A DNA stretch of 63,301 bases from Archangium sp. (GTDB lineage Bacteria; Myxococcota; Myxococcia; Myxococcales; Myxococcaceae): assembly GCA_031367385.1 (NCBI GenBank), contig JANLPS010000327.1, forward strand, positions 1 through 63,301, given 5' to 3'. The position numbers and the translations under genes were made by a program. Positions 31,320 to 40,693 of this stretch are shown here, in pieces. The notes beneath the pieces were generated by a model. It made no database searches. It saw only the letters and a list, made by a program, of their open reading frames with translations, and was not told the DNA's origin. Position 1 is the stretch's first letter. The number at the start of each line of letters is the position of its first letter.

Positions 31320-31393
31320 TGCGCCCAGAGGGATTCGAACCCCCGACCCTTGGCTTCGAAGGCCAATGCTCTATCCAGCTGAGCTATGGACGC
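31320..31393 (-). tRNA. tRNA-Arg(TCG)
   Basis: GCGTCCA/TGGGCGC acceptor stem; TTGGC-CTTCGAA-GCCAA; GGTTCGAATCC. Confidence 0.95.
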
Positions 31394-31411
31394 TCGTGCT
31401 CGTACAGCGTG

Positions 31412-31486
31412 GGCGGTCTACCGGGATCGAACCGGTAACCTCAGGAGTCACAGTCCTGCGCTCTAACCAGTTGAGCTAAGACCGCC
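31412..31486 (-). tRNA. tRNA-His(GTG)
   Basis: Encoded G-1 opposite C73; CAGGA-CTGTGAC-TCCTG; GGTTCGATCCC. Confidence 0.95.
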
Positions 31487-31561
31487 GTATTCAGTTGTTT
31501 TCGTTTCACGACGCGCGCGTCACTAGACGACGACGTGCGTCACGTCAAACGATCACTTCAG

Positions 31562-31635
31562 CGCCCCCGGCGGGACTCGAACCCACGACCCTCGGCTTAG
31601 AAGGCCGATGCTCTATCCAGCTGAGCTACGGGAGC
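31562..31635 (-). tRNA. tRNA-Arg(TCT)
   Basis: GCTCCCG/CGGGGGC acceptor stem; TCGGC-CTTCTAA-GCCGA. Confidence 0.95.
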
Positions 31636-31669
31636 GTGCCGCGCTGCGTACTGATTCACTTGTCACGTG

Positions 31670-31743
31670 TCGGGGCGGCCGGATTCGAACCGACGACCTT
31701 CTGCGCCCAAGGCAGACGCGCTACCAGACTGCGCTACGCCCCG
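31670..31743 (-). tRNA. tRNA-Pro(TGG)
   Basis: CGGGGCG/CGCCCCG acceptor stem; TCTGC-CTTGGGC-GCAGA. Confidence 0.95.
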
Positions 31744-31873
31744 ATGGGTGCGGCGTTTTGAACCACAATGCCCTGACGTGCAAGGCCGCAGACGCCTGAC
31801 CGGGTCGATTGATGACTCACCCGTTGCGAACACGCCCGGCTCGGAGCATCGTGCTCAGTGGAAACCCGACCTC

Positions 31874-33517
31874 TTGAGCACTCGACTGCGATTCGCCGCT
31901 GCCATGCTGGCCGCGCTTGGTGTGCTGGCAGGTTGCCCGGCGGTGAAGCCCCCCGCTGACCCCGTCGATGCTGGCACAGACCCGCGAGTGGTGACCGAGT
32001 GCAACGCGGCGTCGAGCGAAGTGCCGATGCGACTTTTGACGCGGGCTGAATACGACAACACCTTGCGCGACGTGCTGGGTGACACCTCGCAGCCGGCCCG
32101 TGATTTCCCCCGCGAGCCGCTCGCCGAGGGGTGGGACAACGACGGCAACTTGAACAAGGTCACCGATGAGTCGGTCACCCGCTATCTCGAGGCGGCCGAG
32201 GCGGTTTCGACTGCCGCCGTCGCCACTCGCTCGAGCCAGCTTTATCAATGTGCGACCAAAGACTCCGCCTGCGGAGCCTCGTTCGTCATCACCGTTGGCC
32301 GCCGCTTGTTTCGCCGCACGTTGACCCAAGAAGAGGTCAGCTCGCTGGTCACGTTCTTCAACCGCACGCTGGCATCGAACGACTTCGACACCGCCATGAC
32401 GTGGACGTTGCAGGTGATGCTGCAGTCACCGCAGTTCTTGTATCGGTTCGAAGAGGGGCAGCCGCCCAAGTCGACTGACTGGCGAACTCCGCTGTTGGGG
32501 CCTGAGCTTGCGACCCGGCTGTCGTATTTGATCTGGGCCTCGGCGCCCGACGACGAGCTGCTGACCGTGGCCGAAGCGGGCATGTTGGCCGACCCCGACG
32601 TGCTGCAGGCGCAGGCGAAGCGAATGCTCGCCGACCCGAAGGCGATCGATGGCAAGGGCCGCTTCTTCAATCTGTGGCTGCGCCTCGATGACATCTCGGG
32701 GCTCGAGAAATCGACCGCGGCGTACCCTCAATTTTCGCCCGCGCTCGCGCAGGCCTGGCGCAGCTCAATCGGTCTGTTCATCGAAGATGTGCTCGCCCAT
32801 GACGGCACGTTGCCCGCGCTGCTCACCTCGAACGCCCTGTTCGTGAACGACACGATGTCGATGTACGCGCCGTCGAGCTCGGGGGCGATGTTCACCAAGG
32901 TGATGATGCCGATCGAACAGCGCAGCGGGCTCTTGACCCAGCCGGGGTTTCTCGCCCGCCTGGGAGCGCCTGATCAGTCATCACCGATTCGCCGTGGCGT
33001 GTTCGTGCTCGACAAGTTGTTGTGCCAGACACCTCCGCCGCCTCCACCGAGCGTGAACACCACCCCGCCCGCTCCGAACACCGGTACGACCACTCGCGAG
33101 CGATTCGCGCAGCACACCAAAGAGACCTCGTGCAAAGGCTGCCACGGGTTCATCGACCCAATCGGCTTCGGCTTCGAGCACTTCGACGGCATCGGCGCGT
33201 TTCGCGAGACTGACAACGGCAAGGCGGTCGACGCCACGGGCTCGATTGTCTACGCGAGCGAAGCAGCGTTGCCCGGGCCGTTCGACGGCGCGACCCAGCT
33301 GATGGCCAAGCTCGCCAAGAGCACCCAGGTGCATGACTGCGTCTCGAAAGAGTGGCTGCGCTTCGCGATGGGCCGCGGCCTGGGCGACGGCGATGCCTGC
33401 AGCGTGCAGCAGGTGCAGACGCAGTTCGTGAAGGCGGGCGGCAACTTCGATGCGCTGCTGCTGTCGATCGTCGGCTCCGATTCGTTTCGCACCCGACCGG
33501 TGGAGACCCAACCATGA
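31874..33517 (+). CDS. DUF1592/DUF1588/DUF1595-type lipoprotein with CxxCH heme motif
   Basis: Lipobox LAGC; RLLTRAEYDNT, LQSPQFLYR, ELATRLSY, SSPIRRG, CKGCH...IDPIGF; start TTG 31874 or ATG 31904. Confidence 0.88.
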   Translation: MSTRLRFAAAMLAALGVLAGCPAVKPPADPVDAGTDPRVVTECNAASSEVPMRLLTRAEYDNTLRDVLGDTSQPARDFPREPLAEGWDNDGNLNKVTDESVTRYLEAAEAVSTAAVATRSSQLYQCATKDSACGASFVITVGRRLFRRTLTQEEVSSLVTFFNRTLASNDFDTAMTWTLQVMLQSPQFLYRFEEGQPPKSTDWRTPLLGPELATRLSYLIWASAPDDELLTVAEAGMLADPDVLQAQAKRMLADPKAIDGKGRFFNLWLRLDDISGLEKSTAAYPQFSPALAQAWRSSIGLFIEDVLAHDGTLPALLTSNALFVNDTMSMYAPSSSGAMFTKVMMPIEQRSGLLTQPGFLARLGAPDQSSPIRRGVFVLDKLLCQTPPPPPPSVNTTPPAPNTGTTTRERFAQHTKETSCKGCHGFIDPIGFGFEHFDGIGAFRETDNGKAVDATGSIVYASEAALPGPFDGATQLMAKLAKSTQVHDCVSKEWLRFAMGRGLGDGDACSVQQVQTQFVKAGGNFDALLLSIVGSDSFRTRPVETQP

Positions 33518-34809
33518 CCCGCCGAAGCTTGAGCCGCCGCATGGTGTTGCGCGCGTCGGGAGGCCTCGCGGTCGCCCTGCCCTTGCTCGCGCACGCCGAC
33601 CCCGGCCCAGCCCCGAAGCGCTTCGTCTTCTGCTACCAGCCCAACGGCGTGTACGTGCCGCAGTGGTTCCCCACCGCTGGCGCGAGTGAGAGCGACTTCA
33701 CGTTGGGGCCCATTCACCAGTCGTTGGCGCCCTACCGTCAGCATTGCCTGTGGCTCGCGGGCCTCGACATGAAGGTGGCGGTCAGCGGCGCGGGCGAACA
33801 GCACCAACGCGGCATCGGCGCGGTGCTCACCGGCTCGAAGATCAACACCGGTAACTTCGTCGGCAACGACGGCACCAAGGCCGGTTGGGGCAGCAGCATC
33901 TCGATTGATCAGAAGCTGGTCTCGATGGTCGGCCAGACCCGGGTGCCAAGCCTGCAGCTGGGCATCAACGCCAAAGAGCGCGATGTGAGCGGCTGTGTCA
34001 GCTACGCGGGCGCTGATCAACCGCTGCTGCCGCAGAACGACCCGCGCGTCACCTTTCGAAATCTGTTCAGCGATGCGGGCACTCCGGTCGACGAGGTCGA
34101 AAAGATTCGCCGTCGCCGCGGCTCGGTGCTCGACGCGGTGCTCGGTCAGATCACGGAGCTCAAGACCCGGGTGGGCACGGCCGAGAAGAAGCGCCTCGAC
34201 GCGCACTTCACGAAGGTTCGCGAGCTCGAGACGCGGTTGACGGCGCTGCCTCCGGGCACCTGCACGACGCCGAGCCAGCCGGGAGCGATCGACTTCGAGA
34301 CCGAAGCGGCGATGCCCGAGGTGGCTCGGCTGCAGATCGAGCTGATGGTGCTGGCGTTTCAATGCGACCTGACCCGCGTGGCGACCTTCATGTTCAGCGA
34401 CGCGAAGAACCACATCGCGCTGCCCTTCTTGAACATCACCTCAGACGTTCACAACCTGACGCACCTCGCCGACCCGCAGGTGGCGGTGCGAGATACGTGG
34501 CAGGCGCAGCAGTTCGCGTCGATTCTGGGCAAGCTCGAGATGGCTCGCGAGGCCGACGGCAGCTCGATGATTCAAAATTCGCTGATGTTCTGGGGTTCTG
34601 ACGTGTCGCTCGGCTCGACGCACTCACACGAGAACATGCCGTTCGTCGTGGCAGGTCACGCAGCGGGGTGGAGAATGGGGCGGTTCGTCAAATACAGCGG
34701 CCTGAACCACAACAACCTGCTCGTCTCGATGCTGCAGGGGTTCGGCGGTACGGCGACCAGCTTCGGAGACCCGGCGTTTTGCACCGGGCCCCTGAGCGGT
34801 TTGACTTAA
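33514..34809 (+). CDS. DUF1552 domain Tat-exported protein
   Basis: LSRRMVLR twin-arginine motif; PKRFVF.Y.PNG, SIDQ, CDLTRV; ATGA coupling to the upstream gene. Confidence 0.88.
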   Translation: MTRRSLSRRMVLRASGGLAVALPLLAHADPGPAPKRFVFCYQPNGVYVPQWFPTAGASESDFTLGPIHQSLAPYRQHCLWLAGLDMKVAVSGAGEQHQRGIGAVLTGSKINTGNFVGNDGTKAGWGSSISIDQKLVSMVGQTRVPSLQLGINAKERDVSGCVSYAGADQPLLPQNDPRVTFRNLFSDAGTPVDEVEKIRRRRGSVLDAVLGQITELKTRVGTAEKKRLDAHFTKVRELETRLTALPPGTCTTPSQPGAIDFETEAAMPEVARLQIELMVLAFQCDLTRVATFMFSDAKNHIALPFLNITSDVHNLTHLADPQVAVRDTWQAQQFASILGKLEMAREADGSSMIQNSLMFWGSDVSLGSTHSHENMPFVVAGHAAGWRMGRFVKYSGLNHNNLLVSMLQGFGGTATSFGDPAFCTGPLSGLT

Positions 34810-34988
34810 GTCTCTTCAGGCAGCGGTTGCGGGCCGGGGACGATGTGGGCGATGTCGGGGTCGACACCGTCAGCTGATTTTGGCAAGTCGTCTTTGGTCT
34901 TTTTACGTTCTTCGCGCTTCGCTTCTTTTTCTCTTCGATGATCGAGGCGCGCCAGTTCGCGCTGTCGCTTATTCCGGGGCGGCTGCAT
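34806..34988 (-). CDS. Small basic hypothetical protein (60 aa)
   Basis: KRQRELAR...K...R helix followed by DPDIAHIVPGPQP, a pattern I recall from myxobacterial small proteins. Confidence 0.7.
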   Translation of the reverse strand: MQPPRNKRQRELARLDHRREKEAKREERKKTKDDLPKSADGVDPDIAHIVPGPQPLPEET

Positions 34989-35112
34989 AACGGTCTCCAA
35001 TCGTAAGAATCTGAAACAACGACTATCCGGCTTGATGCATGAAGTCCACACAGACGAGGCGGCTCAGGCAGGCGTTTTTTCCTAGCAGCTCGATTTTGCT
35101 CGAGGTTTTGAC

Positions 35113-38100
35113 ATGTGGCGACCCCCCACCCCGCGCCTTTTGACGCTGTGCGCCCTCGCGACAGTGATGTCTGGTTGTTTCGACACCACCCTGCCACCGG
35201 TGCCAGGGCCCCCCAAACCGGGGTCGATTTCAGGGCGAGTGGTGACGTCGCTCCCGGGGCGGCCTGGGGTGGTCGCGGTGAAGAATGCGTCGATTGAAGT
35301 GCTCGGTACGGGCCTCTCGACCAAGAGCGACAGCAACGGTTTTTTCCTCATAACGGGCATCACCAGCGACGCGGGGCAGGTGCTCTTTCGGGTCGACCTG
35401 AATGAAGACGGCAAGCCCGAGCTGCAGAAGCTGCTCTCGCTGCAAGCCTTGAAGGCCGGAGCCGACAAGCAGATCGCGTTGGGCGATGTGGTGCTCTCGG
35501 AGAACGCGACCGTGCGCGGGCTGGTGCTGCGCGACGATGTGTTGACGCCGAGCGGTCATGGAGGCACGACGGTGTTCGTGCCGGTGGGGCCGTACACCAC
35601 GACCACCGCCGACGACGGGAGCTTCGTGTTGGCCGAGTTGCCCGAAGGCACCATCAGCCTGGCGTTCTTTCGCGCGGGGTATTCGCCGAAAGGCATCGAC
35701 AACGTGACCATCTCGAGCGGGCAAGAGCTGACGCTGCGCACGGTGAAGCTGCTGCCCGAGACGGTGGTGAGCCCTCCGGCCGAGCTCAAGGGCAGGGTCG
35801 TGACCGCTGAAGGCACCATCGCCGTTGGGGCGAGCATCGTGATCGAGAACACGAGCATGCCTTCGGCCAACCGCACCGCGACCACTGGAGCGGATGGAAC
35901 GTTCGACTTCGCCGATGTCACCGTCGGCATCTATTCAGTCACCGCGTCGAAGGCCGGTTCGAGCAACGCACGCTTGCTCAATCTGTTGCTGACAGGCGGC
36001 GTGACCACCCTGCCCGACCTCGTGCTCGGGCCCGGCGTGGTGACGGGTCAGGGCGGAGGGGTCGGCGGGGGCAGCGGTGGAGGTTCAGGGGGTGGTGGAG
36101 GGACTGGCGGTGGCTCTGGTGGAGGGACTGGCGGCGGCTCTGGTGGAGGCACCGGTGGTGGAGGCGGGACGCAGAGCGATGGTGGCAACACCGGCGGCGA
36201 TGCGGGCACCATGCCGGGCCAAGACGCCGGTGCAGGCACCGCTGATGGTGGAAAAGCCGACGCCGGCCCAGGGGGCACAGCTCCCGCGGCACCGGCGAAC
36301 GTGAGCGCGACCGCGGCCAACACCGCGGTGACCCTCTCCTGGTCTGCCTCGGCCGGCGCCACCGGCTATCGAATCTATTGGGCTGCAGGCACGACGGTGA
36401 GCAAGAGCTCGGGGGCTGCGCTGCCCAACGTCTCGAGCCCCTACTTTCACCAGGGGCTCACCAACGCCACCACCTACGCGTACGTGGTGACGGCGATCAA
36501 CGCCTTCGGAGAGAGCGCGGAATCAGCGGTGGCGACCGCGACGCCGAGCGCCTCAGCGAGCACGCAGCCTCCAGCGATCGCAGCGACGCGGCCTGAACCC
36601 GACCAAACCGGGGTGGCGCCGAGCGCGCCGATCGTCATTCGCGCGACCAAGCTGCTCGATGGCAAGACCGCGACCAACAGCACCATCACGCTGGTGGGCG
36701 ACGCCGGCGTGGTGACCACGACCGTGAAGGCCGCTGGAGACACCGTCACCGTCACGCCGAGCGCTGCGCTCACTGCGGGCGCGCCGTACCTGGTGACCAT
36801 CTCGACCGGGCTCAAAGACGCCTCGGGGCTCGCGTTGACCAGCGGCAAGAGCTGGGAGTTCACCACCGGGTCGGCGGCACCCGCGAATCTGAGCGCGATC
36901 GTCGGCAACTACGTCACCACCCTGCAGTGGGACCCGGTGCCAGGCGCGACCCAATACGCCATCGCCCGGGCGACCACCGCGGGTGGCCCTGCCAGCGTGC
37001 TCAGCACCAGCACGGGCCCCAGCTACACCGACTCCAATGCGCCGACTGGCACGCCCTACTTCTATACGGTGACCGCGCAGACGCAGCTCGGGGTGACGGC
37101 CCCGTCGAATGAAGTGCAGGTGATCACCTCGCCCTCGAAGCCCCCGATACCCTCGACGTTGACGGCGTGGCCGGGGCAGACCGAAGTGCTGCTGACCTGG
37201 TACCAAGTCGGCGCTGCGACGGGGTACACGCTCCTGCGCGCGACTTCGCCCGCCGGGCCCTTTACGCCAGTGGTGACCGGGTACACGAACACGTCGTACC
37301 TCGACACCGGGCGTACCGCCGATGCCAGCGTGTTCTACGTGGTGCAGACCGAGGTGACCAACGCGAGCGGCACGACCCGAAGCCCGTTCTCAGTCGAAGC
37401 CTCGGCGACGCCCCGCTCGACCTCGGCGCCCGCTCCGGCGACCTTCACCGCGACGCCCGGCTACGCGTGGGCTCGAATGAGCTGGGCCGCGGTGACCGGA
37501 GCGAGCGGGTATGTGGTCTACCGCGCTGACGCGCCGACGTCGTTGCCGGCGCAAGTCGCCTGGGTGACCTCGGGCACCACGCTCGATCAAACCCTGACCA
37601 ACGGCACGAACTACCGGTACTGGGTGGGCGCGGTCACCGGCGACGTCATCGGAGATCTCGCCGAGACCAACGTGACCCCGCTGGCCACGCTCGCCCCGCA
37701 GCCCTCGGTGGTGAATCAGCCTTCGCCGCAAGTGGGCGCGGTGACGGTCAACTGGTCGAACTATGGCGGGGCGACGTCGAATATTCTGCTCCGCTCGACC
37801 GATCGGGGCGGCCCGTACACGCAGATCAACACCACTTACAACGACAACACCGCGGTGCCTGGCACCATCTATTACTACGTGGTGCGCGCCGACAACGGGT
37901 CGGTGCAGGGGCAGTACTCGAATGAAGTGACCATGGCGGCGAACTCGTCGGCGACTCCGGCAGTGCCGACGTCGCTGGCCGCCCAGTCGTCGAACGCGGC
38001 AGTGCAAGTCAGTTGGGCACCGGTGGCCAACGCGGCGTTCTATGACGTCTACCTCTCGACCTCGTCAGGAGGGCCGTACACCACCTTCGGCTGCCGCGGG

Positions 38101-40152
38101 GCCGAGCCGCTGGAAACCAGATGCACGCTCAGCGCCACCAACGAGACGCCCATCTTCATCGTGGTGCGCGCGAACAACGGCACCACCGCGAGCGCGTTCA
38201 GCGCTGAAGTGCCGGCGATGGCGACCGCCCTCGGCCCCACCGCGGGCATACCGAGGCCTTCGGTGTCAGTGACCGGAGGCAACAGCGTGCTCAACGTCTC
38301 GTGGCCGGTCGTGGTCAAGGCCACGGACTACCGGGTGTACCGAAAGACCTACACCACCGACTGGTCGATGCTCGGCAGCACCACCGGCAACGCGTGGACA
38401 GATACCGGCCTGACCAACGGCGTCGCCTACAAGTATGCCGTGCAGGCGATCAACAGCGTCGGGCCACAACTGAGCCCATGGGACGTGACCAGCTACGTCA
38501 CGCCCTCGGCGCAGCGGCCGTTGCGGCCTCAGATCATCGCCCTGACGCCGTACTTAGACGGGGTGATGGTGAGCTGGCTCCCCATCGCCGGGGCGACCCA
38601 GTACGTCGTGCAGGCCGGCTTCGACCCCGGGAAGTCGATCGCCGCGCCAGTGACCAATTGCTACACCAGCGAGCCGTACGAGACGCGCTGCTTCATGCCG
38701 TTGGTGAACGGCACCAGCTACGTGCTCAGCATGTACGCGCGCTCGCCCGAGGGTCAGAGCGCGTTCACCGACGAGATGCCGGTCACCGCCAACCCCTCGG
38801 TGCCCGCTGACACGCAGCCAACAGTTCATACCGGCAACGGCGAGCTCACCGTGACTGCTCCGCTGGTCAGTGGCGCGGCGACCTACAAGCTCTTTCGGCG
38901 TTCACGCACGAGTGATTGGGCTCAGGTGGGCAGCTCGGCCAAGCCGTATTTCTTCGAGAAGCTCGTCAACCGAGTGCAGTACCAATACGCGATGCAGGCC
39001 ATTTCTTCGGCCAGCGTGCCCGGCCGGTGGTCGATGACGGGCTGGTTCGCTGCGTATGCAGAGGCTCCGAGCACGCCAGGGGGCCTGAAGGTGAGCCCGG
39101 GCAACGGAGAGCTCTTGGTCAGCTGGCTGCCCGTCGCGGGGGTCACCCAGTACCAGGTCTACAGCGCACCCGACGTGGGAGGCCCGTTCACCTACCGCGG
39201 CTACACGCTCGAAGCGAACGAGACTCGGCTGACCCTCTCGGCGACCAACGGCACCCCTGTCGCGGTGACCGTGATCGGCATCAGCAATGGGCAGAACAGC
39301 GACTACGCAGAGCCCGTGGTCGGCACGGCCAGCAGCGCCCTGCCCGCGACGCCGGCCCCGCAGTTGGTGCCCGGGAACAACGCGATGTACCTGGTGTGGT
39401 CGCCGATCTCCGGAGCGACGGGGTACCGCGTGTACCGCCGCTCGTCGACCAGTGACTGGGCTCGGTTGATCGACCTGGGCTCGCCACGCTTGACCGATTA
39501 CGCGGTCATCAACGGGGAGCAATTCAGGTACGCGGTCGAGGCGCTCAACGGCGCAGGGGCCAGCGCCTGGTCACCGACTCCGATGCGGTTGGTCGATGAC
39601 CGGTTGCCGACGGCCCCGAATGACGTGACGGTGCAGAACGGCAACGCGAGCTCGCAGGTGTTCTGGTCGCGCGTGCCCGGAGCCACCTCGTACACCGTCT
39701 ACACGGCCCCCAGCGCCTCGGGCCCGTACTCAGGCGGCTGTACTTCGTATGGTGAATACGACACGACCTGCCGAATCTCGGTCACCAACGGCACTGGGTC
39801 GTGGGCGGTGGTGGTCGCGGCAAACGCGGTGGGCGTTGGGGTGCCCTCGCCCGAGCTCCCCGTCGTGGGAGACGCCAGCTTCCCCGCGGCCACGACAGCT
39901 TATGCCGCGGCCGGCACTGGGGCGGGCACCGCGCACGTCACCTGGTACGCGGTCTCGGGCGCGACGAGCTACCGCGTCTACCGAAGGCTCGACACCAGCA
40001 CCTTCGGCAAAGTGGCCGACCTGGGCGCGAGCGCCACGATGTGGGACGACAGCGGCCTCACCACGGGCACGGTCTACACGTATTCCATCGAGCCGGTGAA
40101 CGCGGCGGGGCCCGGGGCCTGGTCGTCGCCTGCGGCAGTGACCGCGCCATGA
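35113..40152 (+). CDS. Large surface lipoprotein with carboxypeptidase-regulatory-like, Ig-like and multiple fibronectin type III domains
   Basis: Lipobox MSGC; GRV...ADGTF repeats; Gly linker; many L.W....GAT.Y.VYR...Y.Y.V.A.N FN3 motifs. Confidence 0.88.
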   Translation: MWRPPTPRLLTLCALATVMSGCFDTTLPPVPGPPKPGSISGRVVTSLPGRPGVVAVKNASIEVLGTGLSTKSDSNGFFLITGITSDAGQVLFRVDLNEDGKPELQKLLSLQALKAGADKQIALGDVVLSENATVRGLVLRDDVLTPSGHGGTTVFVPVGPYTTTTADDGSFVLAELPEGTISLAFFRAGYSPKGIDNVTISSGQELTLRTVKLLPETVVSPPAELKGRVVTAEGTIAVGASIVIENTSMPSANRTATTGADGTFDFADVTVGIYSVTASKAGSSNARLLNLLLTGGVTTLPDLVLGPGVVTGQGGGVGGGSGGGSGGGGGTGGGSGGGTGGGSGGGTGGGGGTQSDGGNTGGDAGTMPGQDAGAGTADGGKADAGPGGTAPAAPANVSATAANTAVTLSWSASAGATGYRIYWAAGTTVSKSSGAALPNVSSPYFHQGLTNATTYAYVVTAINAFGESAESAVATATPSASASTQPPAIAATRPEPDQTGVAPSAPIVIRATKLLDGKTATNSTITLVGDAGVVTTTVKAAGDTVTVTPSAALTAGAPYLVTISTGLKDASGLALTSGKSWEFTTGSAAPANLSAIVGNYVTTLQWDPVPGATQYAIARATTAGGPASVLSTSTGPSYTDSNAPTGTPYFYTVTAQTQLGVTAPSNEVQVITSPSKPPIPSTLTAWPGQTEVLLTWYQVGAATGYTLLRATSPAGPFTPVVTGYTNTSYLDTGRTADASVFYVVQTEVTNASGTTRSPFSVEASATPRSTSAPAPATFTATPGYAWARMSWAAVTGASGYVVYRADAPTSLPAQVAWVTSGTTLDQTLTNGTNYRYWVGAVTGDVIGDLAETNVTPLATLAPQPSVVNQPSPQVGAVTVNWSNYGGATSNILLRSTDRGGPYTQINTTYNDNTAVPGTIYYYVVRADNGSVQGQYSNEVTMAANSSATPAVPTSLAAQSSNAAVQVSWAPVANAAFYDVYLSTSSGGPYTTFGCRGAEPLETRCTLSATNETPIFIVVRANNGTTASAFSAEVPAMATALGPTAGIPRPSVSVTGGNSVLNVSWPVVVKATDYRVYRKTYTTDWSMLGSTTGNAWTDTGLTNGVAYKYAVQAINSVGPQLSPWDVTSYVTPSAQRPLRPQIIALTPYLDGVMVSWLPIAGATQYVVQAGFDPGKSIAAPVTNCYTSEPYETRCFMPLVNGTSYVLSMYARSPEGQSAFTDEMPVTANPSVPADTQPTVHTGNGELTVTAPLVSGAATYKLFRRSRTSDWAQVGSSAKPYFFEKLVNRVQYQYAMQAISSASVPGRWSMTGWFAAYAEAPSTPGGLKVSPGNGELLVSWLPVAGVTQYQVYSAPDVGGPFTYRGYTLEANETRLTLSATNGTPVAVTVIGISNGQNSDYAEPVVGTASSALPATPAPQLVPGNNAMYLVWSPISGATGYRVYRRSSTSDWARLIDLGSPRLTDYAVINGEQFRYAVEALNGAGASAWSPTPMRLVDDRLPTAPNDVTVQNGNASSQVFWSRVPGATSYTVYTAPSASGPYSGGCTSYGEYDTTCRISVTNGTGSWAVVVAANAVGVGVPSPELPVVGDASFPAATTAYAAAGTGAGTAHVTWYAVSGATSYRVYRRLDTSTFGKVADLGASATMWDDSGLTTGTVYTYSIEPVNAAGPGAWSSPAAVTAP

Positions 40153-40682
40153 AGGTCACGCTGCGCCCGCTGATTGAAGCCGACTTGGGGCCGCTCTCGA
40201 GCCGCGAGCGTGACGAGCCGCCAGCGGTGTTCGATGACTTCGGCTTCAAAGGGCCCGGCACGATGCGGCAGCGCTTCGAGATCGACGGGTTTCTGCCCGA
40301 GAACCACGAGACCGGGCGCCTTGCCGCCCTCGCCGACGGGGTGCTGGCGGGCGTGGTCAGCTGGAACACGGTTCGCTACGGGCCGAATGAGCCTTCGAAG
40401 GCCTTCAACGTCGGCATGGTGCTGCTGCCGACCCACCGCGCGCGAGGCGTTGGCCCCTTGGCGATTGGCGCCTTGTGCCGGTACCTGTTCGACCACTTCG
40501 CGGTGAACCGAATCGAATGCCAGACCGATGTGCGCAACGTCGCGGCGCAGAAGGCGGTCGAGCGGGCCGGCTTCACCCGCGAGGGCATGGCGCGAGGGGC
40601 CCAGTTTCGCGCGGGCACCTACCACGACCTGATGACCTACTCGGTGCTGCGCTCTGACCTGACGGCTTCTGCGCCGACTTGA
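40149..40682 (+). CDS. GNAT family N-acetyltransferase (RimJ/RimL-like)
   Basis: RARGVG acetyl-CoA motif; NVAAQKAVERAGFTREG; ATGA overlap with the upstream gene. Confidence 0.9.
   Translation: MKVTLRPLIEADLGPLSSRERDEPPAVFDDFGFKGPGTMRQRFEIDGFLPENHETGRLAALADGVLAGVVSWNTVRYGPNEPSKAFNVGMVLLPTHRARGVGPLAIGALCRYLFDHFAVNRIECQTDVRNVAAQKAVERAGFTREGMARGAQFRAGTYHDLMTYSVLRSDLTASAPT
40595..40666 (+). repeat. 72-bp direct repeat, copy 1 (3' end of the GNAT gene)
   Basis: Matches 42439-42510 at 71 of 72 positions. Confidence 0.95.
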
Positions 40683-40693
40683 GGCCTTGCTGC

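Noticed and set aside
31495..31555. Imperfect hairpin between tRNA-Arg and tRNA-His as a separate ncRNA
   Set aside because: No recognisable RNA family features; most simply a precursor spacer structure
28287..31873. N-terminal extensions of track ORFs 27576..28355, 30506..31366 and 31667..33517
   Set aside because: The extensions run through tRNA genes; downstream starts give sensible N-termini
36050..36170. Gly-codon microsatellite-like tract (also at 11750-11810)
   Set aside because: Ordinary in-frame GGGS/GGGT linkers of myxobacterial-type lipoproteins
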